Positions 1 through 9,349 of a DNA stretch of 64,000 bases are shown piece by piece. The stretch is taken from NCBI RefSeq assembly GCF_000026545.1, contig NC_011601.1. One strand, given 5' to 3'. This stretch comes from Escherichia coli O127:H6 str. E2348/69 (GTDB lineage: Bacteria; Pseudomonadota; Gammaproteobacteria; Enterobacterales; Enterobacteriaceae). The notes under the pieces are model-generated. The model ran no database searches. It was not told the DNA's origin and saw only the letters and a list, made by a program, of their open reading frames with translations. The first letter of the stretch is position 1. Each line of letters begins with the position of its first letter. The position numbers were made by a program, and so were the translations under genes.

Positions 1-123
1 GGTGACAGGGCGGCCTAAAAAGGCTTTGCTATTGCTTCCCTGAATCACCAGCGGCGTTTTATCGCTAATCGCCTGATTCACCTGCTCCAGCAGCGCCTGA
101 CTGTAATCACACTCGCGTAGCAT
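1..123 (-). CDS. glcE: Glycolate oxidase FAD-binding subunit GlcE, N-terminal fragment (gene continues past window start)
   Basis: Reverse-strand ATG at 123 overlaps the glcD stop (ATGA); translation begins MLRECDYSQALLEQVNQ..., matching the GlcE N-terminus; position downstream of glcD fits the glcDEFGB operon order. Confidence 0.8.
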   Translation of the reverse strand, partial: MLRECDYSQALLEQVNQAISDKTPLVIQGSNSKAFLGRPVT

Positions 124-1622
124 CAGAAACGCTCCAGTTCAGGGAAAGGTAAATGACCGTGATGCACATGCATGGCACCAAATTCAGCACAGCGGTGTAG
201 CGTGGGAATGTTTTTTCCTGGGTTCAGCAAACCATCGGGGTCAAACGCCGCCTTGACCGCATGGAAGGTCGTGATTTCATCGCTGTTGAACTGGGCGCAC
301 ATTTGATTGATTTTTTCGCGCCCGATGCCATGTTCCCCACTGATGCTGCCGCCAACTTCAACGCAGAGTTCGAGGATCTTCCCGCCCAGTTCTTCCGCGC
401 GGGCAAATTCACCGGGTTCGTTGGCATCGAAAAGGATTAACGGGTGCATGTTGCCGTCTCCGGCATGAAAGACGTTGGCAACGCGTAAATCATATTGCTG
501 CGATAAACGGGCAATGCCTTCCAGTACGCCTGGCAGGGCGCGGCGCGGGATGGTGCCATCCATGCAGTAGTAATCCGGGGAGATACGTCCTACCGCCGGG
601 AACGCATTTTTGCGACCGGCCCAGAAACGTACGCGCTCTGCTTCGTCCTGTGCCAGACGGACGTCAGTCGCACCCGCGTTCAACAAGATGTCGTTAACCT
701 GCTCGCAGTCTTCCTGTACGTCAGACTCCACGCCGTCCAGTTCGCATAACAAAATCGCTTCGGCATCGACGGGATAACCGGCATGAATAAAATCTTCCGC
801 CGCGCGAATCGACAGGTTATCCATCATCTCCAGCCCGCCGGGGATAATGCCATTGGCGATGATGTCACCAACCGCAAGTCCGGCTTTTTCTACCGAGTCA
901 AAGCTGGCTAACAGAACCCGCGCCACGGGCGGCTTCGGCAACAGCTTCACCGTTACTTCGGTGGTCACGCCGAGCATACCTTCCGATCCGGTAAACAGCG
1001 CCAGCAGGTCAAAACCAGGCGAATCCAGCGCGTCCGATCCCAGCGTCAGCGCCTCGCCATCCAGCGTTTGCACTTCAATTTTCAGCAGGTTATGTACGGT
1101 TAGACCATATTTCAGGCAGTGAACGCCACCGGCATTTTCCGCCACATTGCCGCCAATCGAACAGGCGATTTGTGAGGACGGATCCGGCGCGTAATAGAGA
1201 TTATGCGGCGCAACGGCCTGGGAGATCGCCAGGTTACGCACGCCCGGCTGCACGCGCGCGTGGCGACCAATGGGGTTAATGTCGAGGATCTCTTTAAAGC
1301 GCGCCATCACCAACAACACACCTTTTTCCAGCGGCAGCGCGCCACCAGAAAGCCCGGTGCCTGCGCCACGGGTCACCACCGGCACACGCAGGCGGTGGCA
1401 GACAGCCAGAATCGCCGTCACCTGTTCCATCTGCTTAGGCAGAACAACCAGTAATGGACGCGTGCGATACGCGCTCAACCCGTCACACTCGTAAGGAATG
1501 ATCTCCTCATCGGTATGCAGGATCTCCAGTCCAGGGACATGCTCACGCAGTGCCATCAGTACCGATGTGCGGTCGACTTCGGGTAAAGCGCCATCAAGAC
1601 GCTCTTCGTACAAGATGCTCAT
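123..1622 (-). CDS. glcD: Glycolate oxidase subunit GlcD (FAD-linked oxidase)
   Basis: 499-aa ORF; sequence recognised as E. coli GlcD; FAD-binding oxidase family. Confidence 0.95.
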   Translation of the reverse strand: MSILYEERLDGALPEVDRTSVLMALREHVPGLEILHTDEEIIPYECDGLSAYRTRPLLVVLPKQMEQVTAILAVCHRLRVPVVTRGAGTGLSGGALPLEKGVLLVMARFKEILDINPIGRHARVQPGVRNLAISQAVAPHNLYYAPDPSSQIACSIGGNVAENAGGVHCLKYGLTVHNLLKIEVQTLDGEALTLGSDALDSPGFDLLALFTGSEGMLGVTTEVTVKLLPKPPVARVLLASFDSVEKAGLAVGDIIANGIIPGGLEMMDNLSIRAAEDFIHAGYPVDAEAILLCELDGVESDVQEDCEQVNDILLNAGATDVRLAQDEAERVRFWAGRKNAFPAVGRISPDYYCMDGTIPRRALPGVLEGIARLSQQYDLRVANVFHAGDGNMHPLILFDANEPGEFARAEELGGKILELCVEVGGSISGEHGIGREKINQMCAQFNSDEITTFHAVKAAFDPDGLLNPGKNIPTLHRCAEFGAMHVHHGHLPFPELERF

Positions 1623-1872
1623 GAGTAGGGTTCGCTTTGTTGTGTTGTGTGGCAGCTGATTTTTTCGCGCTGCTTCTGTGAACAGTTATTAAGCGGGCTT
1701 TTCGTTTTCGTCTATATCTTTAGCTACCGGTCAGACCATTTTTTTTCCAGCTCTGTGACCTTGCTTTGGTTAACTTAATGTTAAATTGATGTAACATAAT
1801 CACTTACGTGATGTGCGTGTTTTGCGAGTTAAGAACAGAAAAATTGGTCCTACCTGTGCACGAGGTCCGGGA
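1623..1872. promoter_or_regulatory. Divergent glcC / glcDEFGB control region
   Basis: 250-bp AT-rich intergenic region between divergently transcribed glcD (-) and glcC (+); the GlcC-activated glc promoter is expected here. No individual sites mapped. Confidence 0.5.
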
Positions 1873-2637
1873 ATGAAAGATGAACGTCGCCCTATTTGCG
1901 AAGTGGTTGCAGAAAGTATCGAACGGTTAATTATCGACGGCGTACTGAAGGTCGGTCAGCCGCTTCCCTCGGAACGTCGACTGTGTGAAAAGCTCGGCTT
2001 CTCACGCTCCGCACTGCGTGAAGGGCTGACCGTGCTGCGCGGGCGCGGGATTATTGAAACGGCGCAGGGTCGCGATTCTCGTGTCGCACGGCTTAATCGG
2101 GTGCAGGACGCCAGCCCGCTGATCCATCTGTTCAGTACGCAGCCGCGAACGCTGTACGATCTGCTCGACGTTCGCGCATTACTGGAGGGCGAATCGGCAA
2201 GGCTGGCGGCAACGCTGGGAACGCAAGCTGATTTTGTTGTGATAACCCGCTGTTATGAAAAAATGCTCGCCGCCAGTGAGAACAACAAAGAGATTTCGCT
2301 GATCGAACATGCGCAGTTGGATCACGCTTTCCATCTCGCCATTTGTCAGGCTTCTCACAATCAGGTGTTGGTGTTTACACTGCAATCATTGACCGACCTG
2401 ATGTTTAATTCAGTGTTTGCCAGCGTAAATAATCTCTATCATCGACCACAGCAAAAAAAGCAGATCGATCGCCAGCATGCGCGGATCTACAACGCGGTGT
2501 TGCAGCGGCTGCCGCACGTCGCCCAGCGCGCAGCACGCGATCATGTGCGGACCGTGAAAAAGAATCTCCACGATATCGAGCTGGAAGGCCACCATTTGAT
2601 TCGCTCGGCGGTGCCGCTGGAGATGAAGCAGGGGTGA
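1873..2637 (+). CDS. glcC: GntR/FadR-family transcriptional activator of the glc operon
   Basis: ORF 1813..2637; start placed at the internal Met (MKDERRPICEV...) matching the remembered GlcC N-terminus; N-terminal GntR-type HTH. Confidence 0.9.
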   Translation: MKDERRPICEVVAESIERLIIDGVLKVGQPLPSERRLCEKLGFSRSALREGLTVLRGRGIIETAQGRDSRVARLNRVQDASPLIHLFSTQPRTLYDLLDVRALLEGESARLAATLGTQADFVVITRCYEKMLAASENNKEISLIEHAQLDHAFHLAICQASHNQVLVFTLQSLTDLMFNSVFASVNNLYHRPQQKKQIDRQHARIYNAVLQRLPHVAQRAARDHVRTVKKNLHDIELEGHHLIRSAVPLEMKQG

Positions 2638-2643
2638 CTGTCA

Positions 2644-3786
2644 TCAAATCTGCTTTTCATACAATCGGTAACGCTTGTACGGCTCCGCCCCAATGCGTTC
2701 CAGCATGTTATTCATGCCTGTATTGGTTTCGAGGATCCATGACATTTCCAGCGCATCGATCTTCCGACGGGCAAACGGATCGCGTAAGGCTTCAATCAAT
2801 AACAGCGCAATTACCGGGCCGATGCGGCTGAACTGATACTCGTCCCGCACGCCCATCAGCGGTACTCGCGCAGTTCGCACACCGCTGACTTTCAAACGCC
2901 ACAGCAATTTTGCCCAGCCGAAGGGAAAGAGCGATCCGTTCAGATCGGCAATCGCCTCGTTGATGTTCGGCAAGCCGACAATAAACGCGCAGGGTGCAGA
3001 ATCAATCTCAGCGATGTAGATCATATCGTCCGGCACCAGATATTTAAGTTGATCGCCCATGGTCGCGAATTCATGTTCGGTAAACGGCACAAATCCCCAG
3101 TTGTGCTGCCAGCCAGAATTGAAAATCTCACGCAGGATCTGCATCTCTTCGGCAAACCGCTGGCGATTGATGCAGCGAATGGTCACCTTTTTGCGCACCT
3201 GATCCATCAGTTTTTTTAGCGCCGGAGAGAAAGTGAGATCGGTTCGCTGCATCCACCACGCCAGTAAATCAATGCCTTTGTGATAACCCAGTTGTTCAAT
3301 ATGCGCGGCATACCACGGTTTGCCGTGTGGCATCATCGCACAGGGCGGAGTGTCAAAACCTTCAATCAGTAATCCGCTTTCCTGATTGATATTCAGGCTG
3401 AAAGGCCCGCTGATCTTACTTGCACCTTGTGACTTTAACCACGCTTCCGCTGTACCAAACAACGCGGCAAAAACCTGCGGATCATCAATGGCGTCAATCA
3501 TGCCGAAATGACCGGTATCTTCACCGTAACGCTCACGGTGCAAGGTATCTATTTGCGCGGTAATACGCCCAACTATCTGCCCCGCTTTTTTTGCCACCCA
3601 CGCCTGCCAGATGATATGGTCCGTCCCCGGATTCTTCGCAGACAAATGCTCGTTGCGTTCAATGAATAAAGGGGGTATCCAGTTTGGATCGTCGGGATAA
3701 AGTGATGACGGAAAAGCGATAAATGCCTTAAGGTCATTTTTATTAATTACTTTTTCAATTTTAATCATCAGCAGATCGCATTCCAT
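2644..3786 (-). CDS. yghO: YghO, full-length 380-aa form; candidate N-acyltransferase (remembered as a pseudogene in K-12)
   Basis: 380-aa intact ORF beginning MECDLLMIKIEKVINKNDLKAF...; divergent from the adjacent biosynthetic operon. Function inferred from context only; exact start (1st or 2nd Met) uncertain. Confidence 0.75.
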   Translation of the reverse strand: MECDLLMIKIEKVINKNDLKAFIAFPSSLYPDDPNWIPPLFIERNEHLSAKNPGTDHIIWQAWVAKKAGQIVGRITAQIDTLHRERYGEDTGHFGMIDAIDDPQVFAALFGTAEAWLKSQGASKISGPFSLNINQESGLLIEGFDTPPCAMMPHGKPWYAAHIEQLGYHKGIDLLAWWMQRTDLTFSPALKKLMDQVRKKVTIRCINRQRFAEEMQILREIFNSGWQHNWGFVPFTEHEFATMGDQLKYLVPDDMIYIAEIDSAPCAFIVGLPNINEAIADLNGSLFPFGWAKLLWRLKVSGVRTARVPLMGVRDEYQFSRIGPVIALLLIEALRDPFARRKIDALEMSWILETNTGMNNMLERIGAEPYKRYRLYEKQI

Positions 3787-4138
3787 AGTTCTGTGGGTAA
3801 CAAATAATTAACGGTGACAAACAGGTTGCAACAGCAACGAACGGCACCTTAACAATCAACCCAATGAATACAAACGACGAATAAATAGTATTATTAATGA
3901 TTACGATAAGGTCAGAGACTACACAGAAGCGCCTCAATGCCTTTTGTCGATTTAAGGCGACCGGACAAGGCTTCTTCTTAATATATTCATAAATTAAATA
4001 TCATTCACAAAAAAACTCAAACTCATTATTTAAATCAATGTTCATTTTCACACTGATGAAAATACTATCTCATTTATCTTTTATGCCTATATAATCCACC
4101 GCATTATTGTCATTTTATTTTGGATATCCAATTTTTTC
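3787..4138. promoter_or_regulatory. Divergent promoter region between yghO and the FAAL-reductase-ACP-AOS operon
   Basis: 352-bp strongly AT-rich intergenic region with several TATAAT-like hexamers separating divergent genes; no specific operator identified. Confidence 0.4.
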
Positions 4139-5872
4139 GTGGTGTATATGTCTAATAAAATCTTTACGCATTCCCTACCTATGCGCTATGCCGATTTTCC
4201 AACGCTGGTTGATGCTTTGGACTACGCCGCTCTGAGTAGCGCCGGAATGAATTTTTATGACAGACGTTGCCAACTTGAAGATCAACTGGAATATCAGACG
4301 TTAAAAGCGCGTGCCGAAGCTGGTGCGAAGCGGTTGTTATCGCTGAACCTGAAAAAAGGCGATCGCGTGGCGCTGATTGCCGAAACCAGTAGCGGGTTCG
4401 TAGAGGCTTTTTTTTCCTGCCAGTATGCCGGCTTAGTCGCCGTCCCGTTGGCGATTCCAATGGGCGTCGGTCAGCGGGATTCCTGGAGCGCCAAACTGCA
4501 GGGTTTACTGGCAAGTTGCCAGCCCGCAGCCATTATCACTGGTGATGAGTGGTTGCCACTGGTCAATGCCGCGACGCATAACAACAACCCCGAATTACAT
4601 GTTTTAAGCCACGCCTGGTTTAAGGCATTACCGGAAGCCGATGTTGCGCTCCAGCGTCCAGTTCCAAACGATATCGCCTACCTCCAGTACACCTCCGGCA
4701 GCACCCGTTTTCCCCGTGGCGTCATTATCACCCATCACGAAGTGATGGCTAATCTACGTGCTATAAGCCACGATGGCATTAAATTACGCCCTGGCGACCG
4801 CTGCGTCTCCTGGCTGCCTTTCTACCATGATATGGGACTGGTCGGCTTTCTCCTGACCCCCGTCGCCACGCAGCTTTCAGTAGATTATTTGCGCACTCAG
4901 GATTTTGCCATGCGTCCTCTGCAATGGCTTAAATTGATCAGTAAAAATCGCGGCACCGTTTCCGTTGCACCGCCGTTTGGCTATGAATTGTGCCAGCGCC
5001 GCGTGAATGAAAAAGATCTCGCTGAACTGGATCTTTCCTGCTGGCGCGTCGCTGGTATTGGAGCAGAACCGATCTCCGCAGAACAACTCCATCAATTCGC
5101 TGAATGTTTTCGTCAGGTTAACTTTGACGATAAAACTTTCATGCCGTGCTACGGACTGGCAGAAAATGCGCTGGCTGTCAGCTTCTCTGATGAAGCCTGC
5201 GGGGTTGTGGTTAACGAAGTGGATCGCGACATCCTCGAATACCAGGGTAAAGCCGTCGCGCCGGGTGCTGAAACACGCGCCGTATCGACTTTCGTCAACT
5301 GCGGTAAAGCGTTGCCGGAACATGGCATTGAAATCCGCAATGAAGCAGATATACCTGTCGCGGAACGTGTGGTAGGCCATATTTGCATCTCCGGCCCCAG
5401 CCTGATGAGCGGGTACTTTGGCGACCAGGTTTCGCAAGACGAGATTGCCGCGACGGGCTGGTTAGACACCGGCGACCTTGGTTATCTGCTGGACGGTTAT
5501 CTGTATGTCACCGGACGCATTAAAGATCTGATTATTATTCGTGGCCGTAATATCTGGCCGCAGGATATTGAATACATTGCGGAACAGGAACCGGAAATTC
5601 ATTCTGGCGATGCGATTGCTTTTGTTACCGCCCAGGAAAAAATCATTTTGCAGATCCAGTGTCGGATCAGCGACGAAGAACGTCGCGGGCAGCTTATCCA
5701 CGCGCTGGCAGCTCGGATCCAAAGCGAATTTGGCGTTACCGCGGATATCGATCTGTTGCCGCCCCACAGTATTCCCCGAACATCCTCCGGCAAGCCTGCC
5801 CGTGCGGAAGCGAAAAAACGTTATCAGAAGGCTTATGCTGCCAGTCTTCATGTGCAGGAATCCCTGGCATGA
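4139..5872 (+). CDS. AMP-dependent synthetase/ligase; fatty acyl-AMP ligase or acyl-ACP synthetase-like
   Basis: 577-aa ORF with adenylate-forming core motif YTSGSTRFPRGVIITH and downstream GYLYVTGRIKDLIIIRG motif typical of the ANL superfamily; stop overlaps next gene start (ATGA). Confidence 0.85.
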   Translation: MVYMSNKIFTHSLPMRYADFPTLVDALDYAALSSAGMNFYDRRCQLEDQLEYQTLKARAEAGAKRLLSLNLKKGDRVALIAETSSGFVEAFFSCQYAGLVAVPLAIPMGVGQRDSWSAKLQGLLASCQPAAIITGDEWLPLVNAATHNNNPELHVLSHAWFKALPEADVALQRPVPNDIAYLQYTSGSTRFPRGVIITHHEVMANLRAISHDGIKLRPGDRCVSWLPFYHDMGLVGFLLTPVATQLSVDYLRTQDFAMRPLQWLKLISKNRGTVSVAPPFGYELCQRRVNEKDLAELDLSCWRVAGIGAEPISAEQLHQFAECFRQVNFDDKTFMPCYGLAENALAVSFSDEACGVVVNEVDRDILEYQGKAVAPGAETRAVSTFVNCGKALPEHGIEIRNEADIPVAERVVGHICISGPSLMSGYFGDQVSQDEIAATGWLDTGDLGYLLDGYLYVTGRIKDLIIIRGRNIWPQDIEYIAEQEPEIHSGDAIAFVTAQEKIILQIQCRISDEERRGQLIHALAARIQSEFGVTADIDLLPPHSIPRTSSGKPARAEAKKRYQKAYAASLHVQESLA

Positions 5873-6783
5873 ATCAAACTGTCGCGGTGACGGGCGCTAC
5901 CGGGTTTATCGGTAAATATATTATTGATAACCTGCTCGCCCGCGGCTTTCACGTTCGCGCATTAACGCGTACTGCCCGCGCTCACGTCAATGATAATCTC
6001 ATCTGGGTGCGCGGTTCGCTGGAAGATACACATTCGCTTAGCGAACTGGTTGCCGGAGCCAGCGCGGTGGTCCATTGCGCCGGACAAGTGCGCGGACACA
6101 AAGAAGAGATTTTTACCCGCTGTAACGTTGACGGCAGCCTGCGCCTGATGCAAGCGGCAAAAGAGAGCGGCTTTTGCCAACGTTTTCTGTTTATCTCTTC
6201 GCTGGCGGCGCGCCATCCCGAACTCTCCTGGTACGCAAATTCCAAACACGTCGCCGAACAACGACTGATCGCAATGGCTGACGAAATTACGCTGGGCATT
6301 TTTCGCCCGACAGCCGTGTATGGTCCCGGCGATAAAGAGTTAAAACCGCTGTTTGACTGGATGCTGCGCGGCCTGCTGCCACGACTTGGTGCGCCAGATA
6401 CACAACTCTCTTTCCTGCACGTCACCGATTTTGCGCAAGCAGTGGGTCAGTGGTTAAACGCCGAAACTGTACAGACGCAAACCTATGAATTATGCGATGG
6501 CGTCGCTGGCGGCTATGACTGGCAACGCGTACGACAGCTTGCCGCCGAAGCCCGTTGTGGTTCTGTGCGGATGGTTGGCATTCCTCTGCCGCTACTCACC
6601 TGCCTTGCGGATATCAGTACTGCGTTGAGTCGCCTGGCAGGTAAAGAACCTATGCTGACCCGCTCGAAAATTCGTGAATTAACCCACGCCGACTGGTCGG
6701 CAAATAATAACCGTATTTCTGAAGATATTAATTGGTTTCCCGGGATTAGCCTGGAACACGCATTACGCAACGGGCTATTTTGA
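5869..6783 (+). CDS. NAD(P)-dependent epimerase/dehydratase-family oxidoreductase (extended SDR); candidate 3-keto reductase
   Basis: Start chosen at ATG 5869 (MNQTVAVTGATGFIGKYIIDNL...), giving an N-terminal Rossmann GxxGxxG motif; the longer ORF from 5659 would overlap the upstream gene by 200 bp and is rejected. Confidence 0.8.
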   Translation: MNQTVAVTGATGFIGKYIIDNLLARGFHVRALTRTARAHVNDNLIWVRGSLEDTHSLSELVAGASAVVHCAGQVRGHKEEIFTRCNVDGSLRLMQAAKESGFCQRFLFISSLAARHPELSWYANSKHVAEQRLIAMADEITLGIFRPTAVYGPGDKELKPLFDWMLRGLLPRLGAPDTQLSFLHVTDFAQAVGQWLNAETVQTQTYELCDGVAGGYDWQRVRQLAAEARCGSVRMVGIPLPLLTCLADISTALSRLAGKEPMLTRSKIRELTHADWSANNNRISEDINWFPGISLEHALRNGLF

Positions 6784-6814
6784 TTGTCTTGTTTAAAGGT
6801 GTGTTAACGTTTCT

Positions 6815-7063
6815 ATGGTAAATCGTGAAATAGTAATGGATTACATCCTTTCCTGTTTACAGGATTTGGTCGAAAACGGTGTGGAAATTAAGCCCGACAG
6901 CGATCTCGTCAACGATCTTGGCCTGGAGTCGATCAAAGTGATGGATCTCTTAATGATGCTGGAAGACAGATTCGATATTTCCATTCCTATTAATATTCTG
7001 CTGGATGTCAAAACCCCTGCGCAATTAATGGAAACTCTACTTCCATGGCTGGAGAATAAATAA
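6815..7063 (+). CDS. Acyl carrier protein (phosphopantetheine-binding)
   Basis: 82-aa acidic ORF with ACP-like motif DLGLESIKVMDLLMMLEDRF (conserved Ser attachment site); AAAGG ribosome-binding site upstream; stop overlaps next start (TAATG). Confidence 0.8.
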   Translation: MVNREIVMDYILSCLQDLVENGVEIKPDSDLVNDLGLESIKVMDLLMMLEDRFDISIPINILLDVKTPAQLMETLLPWLENK

Positions 7064-8235
7064 TGGGGCTATACGATAAATATGCGCGCCTTGCTGGCGA
7101 GCGCCTGCAATTTAGTGATAACGGGTTAACACCATTTGGCACCTGTATTGATGAAGTATATTCCGCCACCGAAGGCCGGATCGGCAATAAAAAAGTGATT
7201 CTGGCCGGGACCAATAATTATCTCGGTTTAACCTTTAATCATGATGCTATCCGCGAAGGTCAGGCAGCGTTAGCGGCCCAAGGCACTGGCACCACCGGTT
7301 CTCGTATGGCAAACGGCAGTTATGCGCCGCATCTGGCGTTAGAGAAAGAGATTGCCGAGTTTTTCAATCGCCCTACCGCTATCGTTTTTTCAACCGGTTA
7401 TACAGCTAATTTAGGCGTCATCAGCGCACTTGCCGACCATAACGCCGTGGTGTTACTGGATGCCGACAGCCACGCCAGTATTTATGACGCCTGTTCTCTC
7501 GGCGGCGCAGAGATTATTCGTTTCCGCCATAATGACGTCAACGATCTGGAACGGCGCATGGTCCGCCTCGGTGAACGGGCGAAAGAGGCGATTATTATCG
7601 TTGAAGGCATCTACAGTATGCTCGGTGACGTTGCGCCGCTGGCAGAAATTGTTGATATCAAACGTCGTCTCGGTGGTTATTTGATTGTCGATGAAGCACA
7701 TTCGTTTGGCGTGTTAGGCGTAACAGGCCGCGGACTGGTTGAAGCCGTTGGCGTTGAAGACGACGTGGATATTATCGTCGGCACCTTCAGTAAAAGTTTG
7801 GCTTCCATTGGTGGTTTTGCCGTGGGTTCAGAAGCGATGGAAGTGCTGCGCTACGGCAGCCGCCCGTATATTTTTACCGCCTCTCCTTCTCCGTCCTGCA
7901 TTGCGACCGTGCGCTCGTCGTTAAGAACCATTGCCACACAACCAGAGTTGCGGCAAAAACTGATGGATAACGCCAACCATCTGTATGACGGTCTGCAAAA
8001 ACTGGGTTACGAGTTAAGTTCACATATTAGCCCGGTAGTGCCAGTAATAATCGGTTCGAAAGAGGAAGGTTTACGCATCTGGCGCGAGCTTATTTCGCTG
8101 GGCGTTTATGTGAATCTTATCCTGCCACCTGCCGCGCCTGCAGGCATCACGCTGCTGCGCTGTAGCGTAAACGCTGCCCACAGTCGTGAGCAAATCGATG
8201 CCATCATTCAGGCATTTGCTACTCTGAAGCAGTAA
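7063..8235 (+). CDS. PLP-dependent alpha-oxoamine synthase (serine palmitoyltransferase / 8-amino-7-oxononanoate synthase family)
   Basis: 390-aa ORF with class-II aminotransferase features: HSFG motif and PLP-lysine motif GTFSKSLASIGGF. A paralogue of BioF/Kbl, but co-operonic with an ACP and an acyl-AMP ligase. Confidence 0.85.
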   Translation: MGLYDKYARLAGERLQFSDNGLTPFGTCIDEVYSATEGRIGNKKVILAGTNNYLGLTFNHDAIREGQAALAAQGTGTTGSRMANGSYAPHLALEKEIAEFFNRPTAIVFSTGYTANLGVISALADHNAVVLLDADSHASIYDACSLGGAEIIRFRHNDVNDLERRMVRLGERAKEAIIIVEGIYSMLGDVAPLAEIVDIKRRLGGYLIVDEAHSFGVLGVTGRGLVEAVGVEDDVDIIVGTFSKSLASIGGFAVGSEAMEVLRYGSRPYIFTASPSPSCIATVRSSLRTIATQPELRQKLMDNANHLYDGLQKLGYELSSHISPVVPVIIGSKEEGLRIWRELISLGVYVNLILPPAAPAGITLLRCSVNAAHSREQIDAIIQAFATLKQ

Positions 8236-8241
8236 TGTGAA

Positions 8242-8272
8242 CCCGCCGTGGTGTTGCGCCACGGCGGGTTTA
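8242..8272. terminator. Bidirectional intrinsic terminator between convergent operons
   Basis: Perfect inverted repeat CCCGCCGTGG-(7 nt)-CCACGGCGGG followed by TTTA, between the plus-strand AOS gene and the minus-strand LptG-like gene. Confidence 0.7.
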
Positions 8273-9349
8273 ATGTTGTCTGTCATGCCAATACACCAGG
8301 CTCAACGCCACCAGCACAAACGCTACCGGTAAACCGAGCGCGGTAACAGGTGCGCTCAACGCAAATAGCAATCCCAGATTGACCATGATTTGATAGCTGA
8401 TCCAGGTGAGTAAACCAACGATGACCCCTACAGCGAGACGGCTACCCATCCTAGGCGAGCGCGGGGCACTAAAGGTAAACGGCACAGCCAGCAAAATCAT
8501 CGCCAGAGTCAAGATGGGTTGCCCCAGTTTTTCCCACAGTGCAAGGCGGTATTCGCTGCTGGGTTGCCCGGTTTCCTGCAAATAATGGATGTAATGATTA
8601 AGCTGACGGACAGAAAAAGTATTTCCCGGCATCGATAACTCTTCAAGATTCATACTGGTGAAGGTCGATTGCCAGGCAAGATAATCAGATGTTTCCTGCG
8701 TTTCTTTGCCATTCAGCCATTTTTTATGATTCACACCATGCAGGATCCACGTTTTGTCATCTTCAATGGTGGCACTGCGCGCATAAATGTAGGATTCGAG
8801 CGAGAGATCATCGCGGTAATGAAATATCTCCACGTCCACCGGCTGGCCCTGCTCGTTCAGCGATTTCACCGTCACAAATTCATTACCACGCCTGGCCCAC
8901 AGCATATTGCCGGTAATGTCATCGTCCTCCCCCAACGCAGTGGCAGTCGATTTGATTTGCAGCGCCTGTTGCTGCAATGGCGACGCCACCCACTCATCTA
9001 TCGCGCCTAATGAAACAGTCCACAATATCCCGGCAACCAGCGCCACCAGTGCAATACGGAAGATAGAAAACCCCGTGCTGCGAATGGCGGTAAGCTCACT
9101 GTTTTTCGATAACTGCCCCAGGCCGACAATCCCTCCCAATAAGGCGATAAACGGCGAAAGTTCGACCAGTGTGCGCGGTAAGGTCATCAGCACCACCAGC
9201 ACCGCCTGAGTCCAGCGATAACCACCCGGGCTGACATCATCCAGTTCGTTAATCAGGTTGAAGGTGGTAAAAAGCGGCAGCAATAGCCCTGCGGCGGCGG
9301 CAAAACCGAGAAAGAGATGACGGATTAAATAGCGACTGAAAACATTCAT
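8270..9349 (-). CDS. LptG-like permease (YjgP/YjgQ family)
   Basis: Multi-pass membrane protein; start placed at Met of MNVFSRYLIRHLFLGF..., which overlaps the upstream gene stop (ATGA). Resembles LptF/LptG N-termini and topology, with a central periplasmic domain. Confidence 0.75.
   Translation of the reverse strand: MNVFSRYLIRHLFLGFAAAAGLLLPLFTTFNLINELDDVSPGGYRWTQAVLVVLMTLPRTLVELSPFIALLGGIVGLGQLSKNSELTAIRSTGFSIFRIALVALVAGILWTVSLGAIDEWVASPLQQQALQIKSTATALGEDDDITGNMLWARRGNEFVTVKSLNEQGQPVDVEIFHYRDDLSLESYIYARSATIEDDKTWILHGVNHKKWLNGKETQETSDYLAWQSTFTSMNLEELSMPGNTFSVRQLNHYIHYLQETGQPSSEYRLALWEKLGQPILTLAMILLAVPFTFSAPRSPRMGSRLAVGVIVGLLTWISYQIMVNLGLLFALSAPVTALGLPVAFVLVALSLVYWHDRQH

Noticed and set aside
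5659-5868. Upstream extension of the reductase ORF (start at 5659)
   Set aside because: It would overlap the acyl-AMP ligase gene by about 210 bp in another frame; the ATG at 5869 gives a canonical N-terminal Rossmann motif and ATGA coupling.
7063-8235. Calling the alpha-oxoamine synthase BioF (biotin synthesis)
   Set aside because: The canonical bioF lies in the bio operon elsewhere in E. coli; this copy is co-operonic with an ACP and acyl-AMP ligase rather than biotin genes, so a BioF assignment by family name alone would be misleading.
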